The notes beneath the pieces are model-generated. The model was not told where the DNA came from and did no database searches. It worked only from the letters and a program-made list of their open reading frames with translations. This document shows, in pieces, positions 26,774 to 38,632 of a stretch of 64,000 nt of DNA. The DNA comes from Camelus ferus. Its lineage: Eukaryota. The DNA lies in NCBI RefSeq assembly GCF_009834535.1, contig NC_045696.1, positions 78,556,001 to 78,620,000 on the forward strand, given 5' to 3'. Made by a program: the position numbers and the translations under genes. How positions within the stretch are numbered: the first letter of the stretch is position 1; every line of letters begins with the position of its first letter.

Positions 26774-27499
26774 TATAAACTACAAATTTAACACAAAAAG
26801 TAAACCATCTCATTACTAAATATTATGACATACCATGAGAGGAAGTTAAGGTTAAATAAATCTTCAGATAATCTGTAGCTGCTTTCCTGGAAATAAGTGA
26901 GACAAAAAAATGTTTGGGTGTGTTCAACGAATTTCTCAGACTCAAAGCAGCTCAGAATTCTAGTTATCAATGAAATCAAGTAGAAGTAGTGGAAAAGAAA
27001 AATAAAACATGGCTTTTATTTAGAGATCTTATAATTATAAATCAATATCTTCTCAATATTAATATCTCAACTTATAATTTGAATGTTTTGCTAATGACAT
27101 TGAAGGCATTCCAGCATCTGTTTTCAAATATTTGTCAAACATTCGTTCAATACTTCTCTAAACTCTAGTTCAAGTTCCACTCTGCAATGTCCATACATAT
27201 GAATGCTCTTATTGATTCAAGATTCAGCTCAGACACTGCCTCCCCCACGAAATCTAGTGCCACTGCTAAGAAAATCACTTTCTGTCCTGAAATCACAGAA
27301 CACTCTCTCACCACTTAACATACTATACTTTACGTATTCTCTTCTACAAAATTGTGAACTTATGGAGGACAGAAATCGTTGCATTTATTCCACTCCAATT
27401 CCTGTCCTAATGACTTTAAAATACAGACAAAAACATGGAAATGAGGAATAATAGCTCCAAAATGATAAACAGAATACATAAATAAAATAAATGAAAGAA

Positions 27500-28860
27500 G
27501 CACTTGTTTACTTTTATTACATATGCCATTCTATTGTGTGAATGTACAATAATTTATTTATCCCTTCTACTTTGGATGAATGTTTGGGTTGTTTCTAATT
27601 TAGGGCTATTACAAATAATGCTGATTGAATTTGGGGGCTAATATGCATGTTGGAATTTAGGTATGTGTATGTTCGTACATAGTAGATGTCACCAAATTGT
27701 TTTTATTAATTTACATATTCATCATCAGTGTATGAGAGTTCTGGTTGCTCCACATCCAAACCATTTTTTTATTATCAGTATTTAAACTGTAATCATCATG
27801 GTGGATGTATAGTGGTATTTCAATGTGTTTTTTATTTTCATTGCCTTGATAACTAACGCAAATGAGTACTTTATTAATTCATTACTATTTGAATACTATA
27901 CTCTGTAAACTGCCTGTTCAAATATTTTGCTCATTTTTAATTGGATTGTTATTTTACATTTTGACTTGCAGAAATGCTTTATATTTGCTATATTCACATC
28001 CTTTGTGGACTATGTGTATTTTAAATCTCTTCTCAAATTCTCTCATTTTCCTTCTCACTCTCTTGATGATGTCTTTTGATTTACAAAGTTTTTAATTGAG
28101 TGCAGTAATTTTTTTTCACTTTATGGTTGATGTTTTCTGTGTCCTCTTTAAGAAACCTTTGTCAGTCATAGAATCATAAAAATATCCCCTTCTGGCATTG
28201 CAGTAGCTACAAAAAATCTCCAACTCTGTGGATCATAATTAACCGGCAACCAGCAGCTGTTGTACTCTGAAATTTATCACCATATCCAGAGATGCCATAT
28301 TTCCCATAGTCTACTGCCAGCTAATGACTGAGTATGGCAGGGATACTAAAGCAGGCCTGCTTCTGGGAGGTGTGAGACTGCTCTGATGGGTGGATTTGAC
28401 TAGAGAACTGTTATCAACCTGCTTAACTTTCTTAGAACCACACTGCAGTCTAATACTTTCTCATCCAACTCTTCTTCCTTCTCTCCTCTGAACAGGTAAG
28501 ACCAGTATTACAGTCTGATAACTCTTCCTGCCTCCCCTGCATACTTATCTATTTTCCCTCTAAAGTATTTCTACTAATAACTCTTTTGTACGTCTAATCT
28601 CATTTTAGAGTGTTTCTCAACTGACCCATAGTTATCTTCTAGAATTTTTGCCATTTTAAAATTCACATTTAGATCTATAATCCATCTAGAACTGATTTTT
28701 GTGTATGGTGTAGGGAGGGGACAAGATTAATTTTTCCTATAAGGCTATGCAGTTGATTTGGCCTTCTTTATGGAAAAAGCTATCCATTGTCTACTGATTT
28801 TCAGTTGTCTTCCATAAATCAAAGGTCTTTAGGTATGTGGGTATTTCTGGAGTCACTGTC
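27500..28860 (-). mobile_element. Old L1 (antisense) interrupted by an LTR
   Basis: tgtatgagagttctggttgctccacatc; tagatctataatccatctagaactgatttttgtgtatggtg. Confidence 0.8.
28195..28630 (+). mobile_element. LTR16-like ERVL solo LTR
   Basis: ccagctaatgactgagtatggcagggatactaaagcaggcc...ctaataactcttttgtacgtctaatctcatt. Confidence 0.65.
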
Positions 28861-28861
28861 C

Positions 28862-29200
28862 ACATCAACATGGATGAAACAACGTGGATGAAATAAGCCA
28901 GAAATAAAAGAGTTTACACATAATTTAATTTATATAAAGTTACAAAACAAGCAGAACAAATCTATGACGTTGGAAGTCAGGACAGTGGTTACCTTTAGGA
29001 AGGCTAGTGACAGGGATGGTACAGAAGGGGCTTCCTGGGTGCTGATAATACACTGTTTCTTGGTTTGGGTGGTGGATTACATGTTGTATTCATTTTGGGA
29101 AATTTCATGGAGATGTAAACATATGATTTGTTTGTTTTTCCATATATATGTGTGTTATAGTTTAAGAAATAATTTCAGTTTAAGAAATAATTTCAGTTTA
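28862..29200 (+). mobile_element. L1 3'UTR fragment
   Basis: aacatggatgaa...aatctatgacgttggaagtcaggacagtggttacctt. Confidence 0.75.
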
Positions 29201-32200
29201 AAATTTCATTTAAAAATAAAGGCAGCAGAAGGAGCCATTAATTCAAACATTTAATAGGCAGAGATTAGAAAATAGAATATGTTCTTTGCATATGATTTGA
29301 AGGACATGAAAACCTAATTTTAGAAAGAAGCACAAACAGGAGGTTAGTAGAAAATGTTTCTCTGAGCTCTGTCCCTTTGTTAACCACATGATATTTTATA
29401 AATCACTTAACATTATCAGTGTCCCAGTTTTTTTCTCTCAAACAATAGGAGTAATAAGGCCTAACTTATTGCTTTAATTAAAAAAACAAACGAGAAAGCA
29501 TTTACATAACCAGATTTTAAAGAATGCTATACAAATGCAAAGAAATATTAGTATATACTCGAAAACTATTTTTCAGCTTTCTTTCAATGGCCATATGCAG
29601 TACCAACTTTACTACAAGTTGCATATATCCAACCAAGGATTTATTTTGCCCCTCAGATAGACTCTCAAATAAATTAAGTTGTCCCCTGAATTTATTAATT
29701 TTCTAAAGGCCAATAGCTTAGATGCAGCTAAAACAGGCATTAAGTAGCAATTGTGTTGGTTTCCAAGGAGCTTAATTACATGCACTGATAAAAAATGGAG
29801 CAGAAAGGTTTTGGTTCAATGATACCACATGGGCATACCAAATTTCATACAAAATAATTTAAAAATCATATTCTAAATGGTAGCACAATTCTAAAGAAAT
29901 AAAACGGTATAAAAACAGGGCCAAAAGTTACATGAGATAGAAGGGCACTGTTTGTTTCTTTGTTTATTTGTTTTCCTGAAGAAGATAATGGAATACCGAA
30001 GACTTTACTAAAAGAACCAGATCAGTTGTTCTCCCCATAAGGATGACATAAGTGAATGCAGCCAAATGCAGAAAAAAATTTTTTAAAAGACTTAGGCTAA
30101 ACATAATAAATTATTTTTAGATGGAACTACTTTCATATGACAGCATACAACAATCAGTCAATGGCTAGATATGAAAAGGAAAACATAACTTCATTTAAGC
30201 TTGGTGTGTTAAGGCATTTCTGCTTATATCTTCCCACATTTTGCCTCATTAGTTTCCTCTATAAATAACCAAGACTCTTTACCCACATGTCTTATAACAT
30301 AAATTCTTTCTTTAGCAATAGCTTGGCTGCGATGGTCATGACTACCCATTGGTGGCTATAATCATACTGAAAAGGAAAACAAGTTTCTTAAGAGAAATTC
30401 CACACCTTCAAAGCTGATTTTTACCTGGTATCTTCTCCTGAGCACTAGTTCTAGGAGATGTTGATGCAGCTATTGGAAGAAAAGGGGCCAATGGTCAAAT
30501 AATGTGGGAAAACACTGGGTTAAACTAAATTCAAAGGCTTAACAGTGGGCATACTTCAATCTTTAAAGACTCTTTAAAGAGTTTTTAATATGCTTACATA
30601 AGCTACGAATTTCCAAGAGAGGAAACAGGTAGGTACACAGTGTTTTGCACTTATTTGATCACTTTTTCAGGGAGCATCTTAAAGAATATTGTTTAAGAAA
30701 CAATACTATAGCCATTCAAAGGCCCTCACAGCAATTTAAAAGACAAGGATACACACACACACACACACAGGTTCTTATCAGTAGAAGGTACCTTTGGATT
30801 AATGTTATACCCCCCCTCCCAATCCCTGGACCATATTCCATCCCCATCAGAAGGTTCAGTTCATTGCCACAGGGTGAAGAAAAGAAAAGTTTTAAAATGC
30901 TTGGTATCATAGCTGTTATTACTGACTGGATTCTTACATTGAACCAATTATCTTTATCAGAGAGGATTTATAAATTTTCCTACATTTATGTGCTTTATAA
31001 CATAGCTCTAATTCTCAGAAAATGTGCAAGAAATGCTTTTTGTATATAAGATAGAAATGGATAATGTCTTGTCAGAGATAAAGTGTTATTAATATTTAGT
31101 CTAAAACAATGTCCTATTTATGCCAAAAAGATATGAGAAACAGGAACCCTAGGTCTCAACTTCAGCTCCCACGTGAACTTACTCTGTCACTTGAGAAAAC
31201 TGAACCAGTTTATTTATACTCCACTCAACCATCTGTGTGTGCATGTCTGAAGGTGTTTGTGGATGGCGTATTTCTTTCTCTCTGCTATTCTTTCTGTCTG
31301 TCCCTCTAGCCTATTTCCACTGAGAATGTAACGGTTCTCAAAACAAAAGATATATGTGATCTCTTAGGATATTGAAAATAAGACTCAAATAATCAAAGCA
31401 ATCAGAAACCATAAAAGAATGGAGCTCTTCTATATGCCTGGTATGCATATGTATGTAATTGAAAGGCATATAAATATAAAGGTTATATATTTATATCTTT
31501 ATATACAAGGACACATACACAAACATATATATATAAAATAAAGACTTAAGAAAAGTACAAGTACGCCAATCTAGTTACTAAGACTATATATATCATGTTA
31601 GGCTCTCAACTCTCTGATAGAAGGCCAACAGAGAAATATGCCCACAGGCTTTCATTATTGCACTCAGTACAATTCATCAAATGATACAACACCTCTCTCT
31701 TCCCCTCCTTCCCTCCCTCAATCTCACTCTATATATACACACACACTTATATATATAAGTGTGTAGGTGATCTCTACAGATGTAATTGTTGTAGGAGTTA
31801 AATCTGTTATATATTTTATATATATATTATATATTTTATACTTTCATATTTTCAAAGAACAAATACATATTTGGATAAAGTACATGTGTGAAAGTCTACT
31901 GTGGCAACAAAAATGAAAAAAATATTAAAAGTGTGGTTAGAAAATACACAGATTCTGAAAATCCAGGTTGTTATTAAGTACTAATGTTCAATCTAGTAGT
32001 GTTTTATATGCCTACGAACAAGATTGTACTATACTAGAAACCTTTTTTTTTTTTAAATAAGGTAACATTTTTATTTTAAGTTTACCTATTTGAGGAAGAG
32101 TTGTAGGATCGTGAGATACATGTAAGAATAAATTTTTGTTTACTGACACATGTGAGTCTCCACACTCACATAACACCCTTTAACCTTTGTGTAAAATGGT

Positions 32201-32239
32201 CTATGATTTTACACAGGAAACACGATTTGCAAATGTTAC

Positions 32240-32275
32240 CTTCCCTATGCAGCTTTCCATTTTTGCTTCCAACAC
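32240..32275 (-). other. Candidate 36-nt cassette exon of a minus-strand host transcript
   Basis: cttctataaacag|GTGTTGGAAGCAAAAATGGAAAGCTGCATAGGGAAG|gtaaca; open as VLEAKMESCIGK (phase 0) or VGSKNGKLHRE (phase 1). Confidence 0.3.
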
Positions 32276-33744
32276 CTGTTTATAGAAGTGTATTGATGAC
32301 TAGAATGCTTTGGACTGAGACTTGAGGCAAAATACTATGCGATACTCTTCCTTGCACTACAGTGTCAGGTATGTGACTGGCATGCAACACATAGTTGAGC
32401 AAATGAAAGAATAAACGGTCTATCAAGGAAATCACGTGACAAAGACTGTCACTAAATCCTCCTTTAGTTACAAAGCTGGGCCAGTCGTAGAGAAAGGGAT
32501 TTAGAGCAATACCTCTACCACTGTACACTTACAGCCATATGAATAATCAGGTTCCCCACACACACTCATTCCACTTAAGAATGAAGGATATGTCACAAGT
32601 TCTAAATTGACAGCAACATCAACCCTTAGATTTGTCTCACTTAGTCTACTTTTTTCAACTTTTGAATTAGATGCCAACATTTAAAACAAAGGCATTTCAC
32701 ATAAAATTTGGATTTTGAGCTTCTCTTAGGAAATCAAATGTCTGGCAACTCTGTCCCCAGTCTTGCTTAAGACAATACAGTTACACCCAGGAACTGTTGC
32801 TCCCTCCAGACAGGGCATGTGCTTTCCAGTAACCACATCCCTCCCAGGTGTCTAGTATTCAATCGGCTCCACCCATTTCTGTTCACTGTGGAGCAACTGC
32901 AAGCATCTGATTTTGTAAACTTTGCCATGCACAAACCAGTTTTAATAATGAGTCCAAGTCTCAATTTTGATAATTACTACCAGTGCAACCTTGAGCAAGT
33001 AATTTATCCTCATGGAGTCTCAATTTCATCACCTATAAAACTGTGAAAGTAATCCCATGCCACATCACATGATGACTTTGGGAAGGAAATGAAATTATAT
33101 GTGATAAGGCTTTGTGAACTGCAGAGGCCATATGTATATACATTATTCTTTTTATTTTTTATTAAAATTCTAATAAGCAAAATGTGATCATCTTTGAACT
33201 ATAACATATTCTTAAACAAAATTTAAAGCCCTTAGATTAATAGGTAGGAAAAGAAATTACAAATGTTAACAGTGACTTAGATGTACAATTAAAAACGTGT
33301 GAATATTAGAATTCAGAGACTATGTCATCAGACTTGGCATTATTTTTGTCCAATCCATTTGTACTAAAATAGTTTAATCAAATGTAATGTTATTCAAGAA
33401 AAAATAAGGTCAAATTACATTATTAAAATAAAGATATAAAGCAGACAGGATATGTAATATTTTCATTAATTATTACCAGCTTATCTATACAATAAATATT
33501 TGCTTTTAACATAAAGTAGTAATAATATATCTTAAACACATTTAATGTTAAAGTGTCATAAACAAAAGCAACTATGCTCAAAGTAATAGTATAATAAAAA
33601 TTATAGAATTCAAATCTAAATATCACTGTTACTCAACATTTTACAGTAAAAAAGTCTTAATTTTAAATCTATTCTAATACGTTTGACTGCTATTGTTTTT
33701 GTTTCAAGTTCTCCCTTGAATACAGATGTGTATGTGTATTCAAT

Positions 33745-34040
33745 TTTTTTTATTTTTATTGAAGTATAGTTGATTTACAATGTTGTGTTAGCTTCACGTG
33801 TACAGCGAAGTGATTCAATTGTGTGTGCATCTGTGTGTCTGTATGTATATGTATACATATACCTATACATACATATATATATATACACACACACACACAC
33901 TTATTTGTATTCTTTCCCATTGTAGGGAATTACAAGATATTGAATATAGTTCCCTGTGCTGTACAGTAGGTCCTTGTTGTTTATCTGTTTTACATATAGT
34001 AGTTTGTTTTCTGTTTGTGAGTCTATTTCTATTTTGTAAT
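33745..34040 (-). mobile_element. Short L1 3' end with internal (TA)/(CA) repeat
   Basis: tttattgaagtatagttgatttacaatgttgtgttag...atatagttccctgtgctgtacagtaggtccttgttg. Confidence 0.85.
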
Positions 34041-34649
34041 GTGTATTTGATTTTTTAAATTGGAACTTTCTATTTCTGAAGAAATTTTCAAAAAATCATT
34101 CCTATTCACAGCATATAGGTGAAATTCCAATTGTTTGCTTTCCTCCTTCACAATTTTCATCCCTTATTCATTGACCTTGTTTCTCTTACCTAATTGGTTA
34201 CCCAGTTTTGAACCCTTAGTATCTTGTGCTAAACATGTTTGATATTGTACACCTATTGCCATAAACATATGCAAAAATACTCTGCTGTCATATATTAATA
34301 TATTTCTATGCAAAAAATAGATTTCCCTTTGGCCAATTTTTTCATTACTGAATACATAAATATCACTGAGGTGTCTCATTTACTTAATGGACTTTATTAA
34401 CTTGATCAAAATCCACTGCTAGAGTGAACCCTTTAATTTCATATAACAACAAATCTCTCACACTTTTTCCTCTGGATCCCTACCAAGTTTTGGTAAGCAT
34501 GATCATACCTTCAACAATATGTGACTTTTAGATATAAAAAGGGTGCTTTTCATATTCTCCATAGTGTACTATGACATATTCCTATTAGATGTAGCATTAA
34601 AAACTAGTGAATATTAGAATGTAAGCAGTTTATTGTTATGTTTATCTTT

Positions 34650-34900
34650 GTTAGCCATAATAATTACCATGTATTGGGTGCCTATCCTGAGCAGGGCTTT
34701 CTTTACATATTAAGTCACTGAATCCCTGCCATAATCCTATACATATCATAACATATTGTAATATTACTTTACAACCAAGGAAAGTGAAGCTAAAGAAACG
34801 CTAACTAACTTGATCACTGCCTCACAGCCCATTTTAAGCGAATGGCAGAGACAGAATTACAACCCAAATCTTTTCAGATCCCAAAGCCCCAAATGCTTTC
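34650..34900 (-). mobile_element. MIR
   Basis: ttttacaaccaaggaaagtgaagctaaaga...ggcagagacagaattacaacccaaatct. Confidence 0.6.
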
Positions 34901-35737
34901 CAAGCAATTGCTTTTCAAGCTATTTTCATTGTCCTCAGGGATGAATAAACTCTCTAAAACTGATAATAGTCAGAGATCCTTATAGAAATAGTAGATACTG
35001 AAAAAAATCTCTAAAGATTTATGAGCCCATTTTGAAGGCAGTATAAATTATGTGAGTTGAAATAAAACCCATAAAGATAGCAGGATTCAATGATTGATAT
35101 GTATGCGCTTCATTATCATTATTTACAAGTAAGATATGCTACAACCTAATGTATAAATTTCTCAATTCATTTATTTAACAAAAATAGGAAGGAGTAATTA
35201 TTTTTACAAAGAGAACCACTTTTTACTTAAATGTTTTCTGCCTGGTACATTCTTATAGTGACAATTTGAATCCCATTTTGTAAATTAAATCCAAAAATTA
35301 TGTTGATTTTATTTGCTGTATTTGCTCTTCGATGCAGTTTGTAGATCATTTTATTTATGAATTAAGAAACACAATGTTTATCTATACTCAAGCATGTAAC
35401 ATTTGTTAGTCTTAAATATCATTTTTTTAAGAAATATATAGTGCTTACACAAAAGTGTAAAGTAGTAACATTTTTCAGGACTATACATTCTATAAGAACA
35501 CAGATTCTGAAATCCAAACCTAAAAGCCTGAGATGTAAGGTTGGTCCTGATATTTTGTTTCTCCTTTTAAGCCTATACATTCCAGTTTAATCCAAGGTTT
35601 GTAACCAAGAGAAAGTATACATTTTAGAAATAAATATCTATATGATTCAGCTTATTTATATTTATTCATTGGATCATTGATCCATTCATTCTTCATTCAC
35701 TTATATATATATACATATATATACTACATCTTCATTC

Positions 35738-35738
<1 letters not shown>

Positions 35739-35764
<26 letters not shown>
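35739..35764. repeat. (TA)n microsatellite
   Basis: Direct reading. Confidence 0.95.
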
Positions 35765-35774
<10 letters not shown>

Positions 35775-36499
35775 TATAAATTCTATTTGCCACCGAAAAT
35801 GATTTGTGATTCCAGATTCCTTAAATCCTCATGTTAATAGGCATTCAGGCAATCAGGTTGCTAATACTAAAAGTAGCTATGGAGACTGAATATTAAATTT
35901 GTCTCTTAGCCTCCTTGTAGCCAACAGAAAACAAAAAAGACAATGATGCTGACTTCTTTGCAGCTGTAACTATCTCTTCAGCTTGCCAGGATAATTGAAA
36001 ATATTTTTCAGATTACTGTAACTGTTTGAACATTAGGAAATTTTTTAGAGTTATTGATGATTACATACAAAACATACATGCAGATCATATTTAATGATAC
36101 ATAGGTAACATTTAAAGGTTATCAGGAGAAGCAGTCAACATTAACACAAAAATGCTGCCACAAATGTGTTGGCTTTGAAAGTGTTCTAATTTAATAGTGA
36201 TGGGTTAAATTCACCTCTATTTGTTTCAGAATTATATTTGACTCCCAGTCAGTGCCCCAGACTAAATTATTACACTTTGGGTTTACAACCACATAAATAT
36301 GCTGCATCTGAGTGAAGATAAGCCAACAATAACTAACTACTTATTAGTTTTTAGCCTTTGTGATATGTTTAGTTTGTAGCAAACATCATACATACCAGGG
36401 TTTTAGTGGAAAAGAATACAAGAGAATCAAAAGGTAGTTTCTGCCAAAGAGTTGATAAGCTATTGGGAAGGTAAGAATACTAGGTTCACCTAGTAGATG

Positions 36500-37130
36500 C
36501 ATTGCTAGTAGGAAAATAAAATGGTTTAGCTGATGTGGAAATAGCATGGTAGTTCCTCTAAAAATTAAATATAGAGTTACCATATGAACCAGCAATTCCA
36601 CTTCTAAGTATATACCCAAAAGAATTGAAAGCAGGTGCTCAAACAGATATTTGTATGCCAATGCCATAGGAGCACTATTCACAATATCCAAGAGCTAGAA
36701 ACAACCCAAATGCCATCATTAGATAAACAAAATGTGGTATATAGAGTAATAACAGAATATTATTTAACCTTAAAAAGTAACAAAATTCTGACATATGTTA
36801 CAGTGTGGATGACTTTTGAAGGCAATATGCTAAGTGAAATAAGCCAGACACAAAAGGACAAATAGTGTGCAATTATATTTAAATGAGGGACACAGAAAAT
36901 TAATAGAGACAGAAAATAGATGGCTTTTGCCAGGAGTTGGAGGAAGAAGGGAAATAGAAATTCTTGCTCAAAAATTTCAGTTTTGGGAAATGAAAAAGAT
37001 CGGGAAATGGATGTTGGTGGTGGCATAGTAATGTGAAAGTATTTAATGTCACTGAAATACATACCAAAAAATAGTTAAAATGGCAAATTTTAAGTCATGT
37101 ACATTTTTACAATTTAAAAAGAAATAAAAA
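36500..37130 (+). mobile_element. L1MB-like 3' end
   Basis: atagagttaccatatgaaccagcaattccacttcta...atgctaagtgaaataagccagacacaaaaggacaaata. Confidence 0.85.
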
Positions 37131-38317
37131 ATAATACTTGGCTTACTCTTCTAATGTATTTTCTTTTTTTGCTCGTATTAATTTTCATTCATCTTTCACT
37201 AGCTTTGAAAATATCACTTAATTATTAATGTATTCTTTCAGCCAGACCATAGCAAAACCAAAAAGGAAGTTCCTATCTTCTATTTTCTATTGTATTTCTA
37301 TCTCTATTTCACAATACCCCATGACATAATATAGCAGTGGTTCTCAAACCTGACCTTACTCAAAACCAGAGCCTAAGGCCACACTAGAATTACAGAACGG
37401 AAATTTTTGAAGGGTCCTACCCAAGAATTTTTTTAACTTCCCATTAATTCTGATTATAAACCTCATCTGTAACCATTTCAGTATTTTACTTGGTGTGTGT
37501 GGTCTCATTAAGAAATAAACATATTTATGAATTGGAACGTTTCTAAGACTCCTTCCCATACTAACATAACATGAAACTTGCATTGTCTTTCGTCCATTAT
37601 CTAGACTCTCATAGTTAGCAAAAAGAAATAATACATTCATTCTCTACTTATGGCCTTTATAAAAACAGCATGGTTCCGAAAGTCTAATAATCTCCATTGA
37701 GCCATAAAATTTAATGGCAATATCATTATGAATCCATCCTAAACTGTAATTCCCTTTAATATATACATGAATTATATATTCCAGTCACAGTTTATAAGGT
37801 TGAAATTTGCTTAGTCAGGCTGATATTGGAAAATACACTTATTTAACACATGATGGCCTTACCAGAAAATATGTCTAGATTGACCCACGATCTTCTAATA
37901 TGTATGTGAAAAAAGAAACCTTATAAAAAACAAATTATCTTCAAAAGTTCTAGAGTACATTAGAAAGCTGTCTTTCTAAAGGGAAAATATTACCTCACAT
38001 GGGCATAGACTCTGAAGTTTTTTCTCCTCCAGACTCATTTTCCAAATAAACATTAAATGAATTTTCTTAATGCACAACTCTAAGCAAGTAACTCTTGTAA
38101 TTAAAACAACATGAACAAAAAGTGCCAATTCTTTAGGCCTTTTGCCTGTTAATACAATACCCAAGTTCCTTAGCCTAGTATTAAGTTTACTAAAATCCAA
38201 CCCCAAATATTTTAGGGACCGCCTTAGCCACAGTTTCAATGGTCTATTACAACAAAGTCAAAATGACAAGATAAAAAGATTGAAATGGGTTTTACTCATC
38301 ACTTACTCCTTCTTTAG

Positions 38318-38632
38318 GTGGTTCTCAGCCAAGCCCAGATTGCCCCTGCACTCTTCATAACTGTTGCCCGACACGGGGGTTCTTTACCTATGTGAACTTG
38401 GCCCTGGAGCTGAAGCCTGCTCCCTCTTCAATCAGGTAACAACCAAGGACTGCCCTTGCTTTATAATCCAGCCTCTGGGAGAATAGCAGGGTGTGAAACA
38501 AGGCACTCTCATCCTTCCATTATTGTTCTAGTGGCAGAGGAAGTGGTCGCATCAGGACAGCCAGTCACAATGTTTATCTCAAGTCTCCTTTCACCTCTTT
38601 TAGAAATGCAGTCTAAAAACATAATTCTTAAA
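38318..38632 (+). pseudogene. Degenerate paralog of exons A and B (exon 38318-38435, 96-nt intron, exon 38532-~38632)
   Basis: ccttctttag|...AATCAG|gtaaca; ttgttctag|; SPLLEMQSKNIILK aligns with exon B NPFLQLLWSANVIPK; frameshifts and a GC at the expected donor. Confidence 0.45.

Noticed and set aside
31741..31764. 24-bp perfect palindrome acacacttatatatataagtgtgt
   Set aside because: Built from CA/TA/TG microsatellite units; expected by chance
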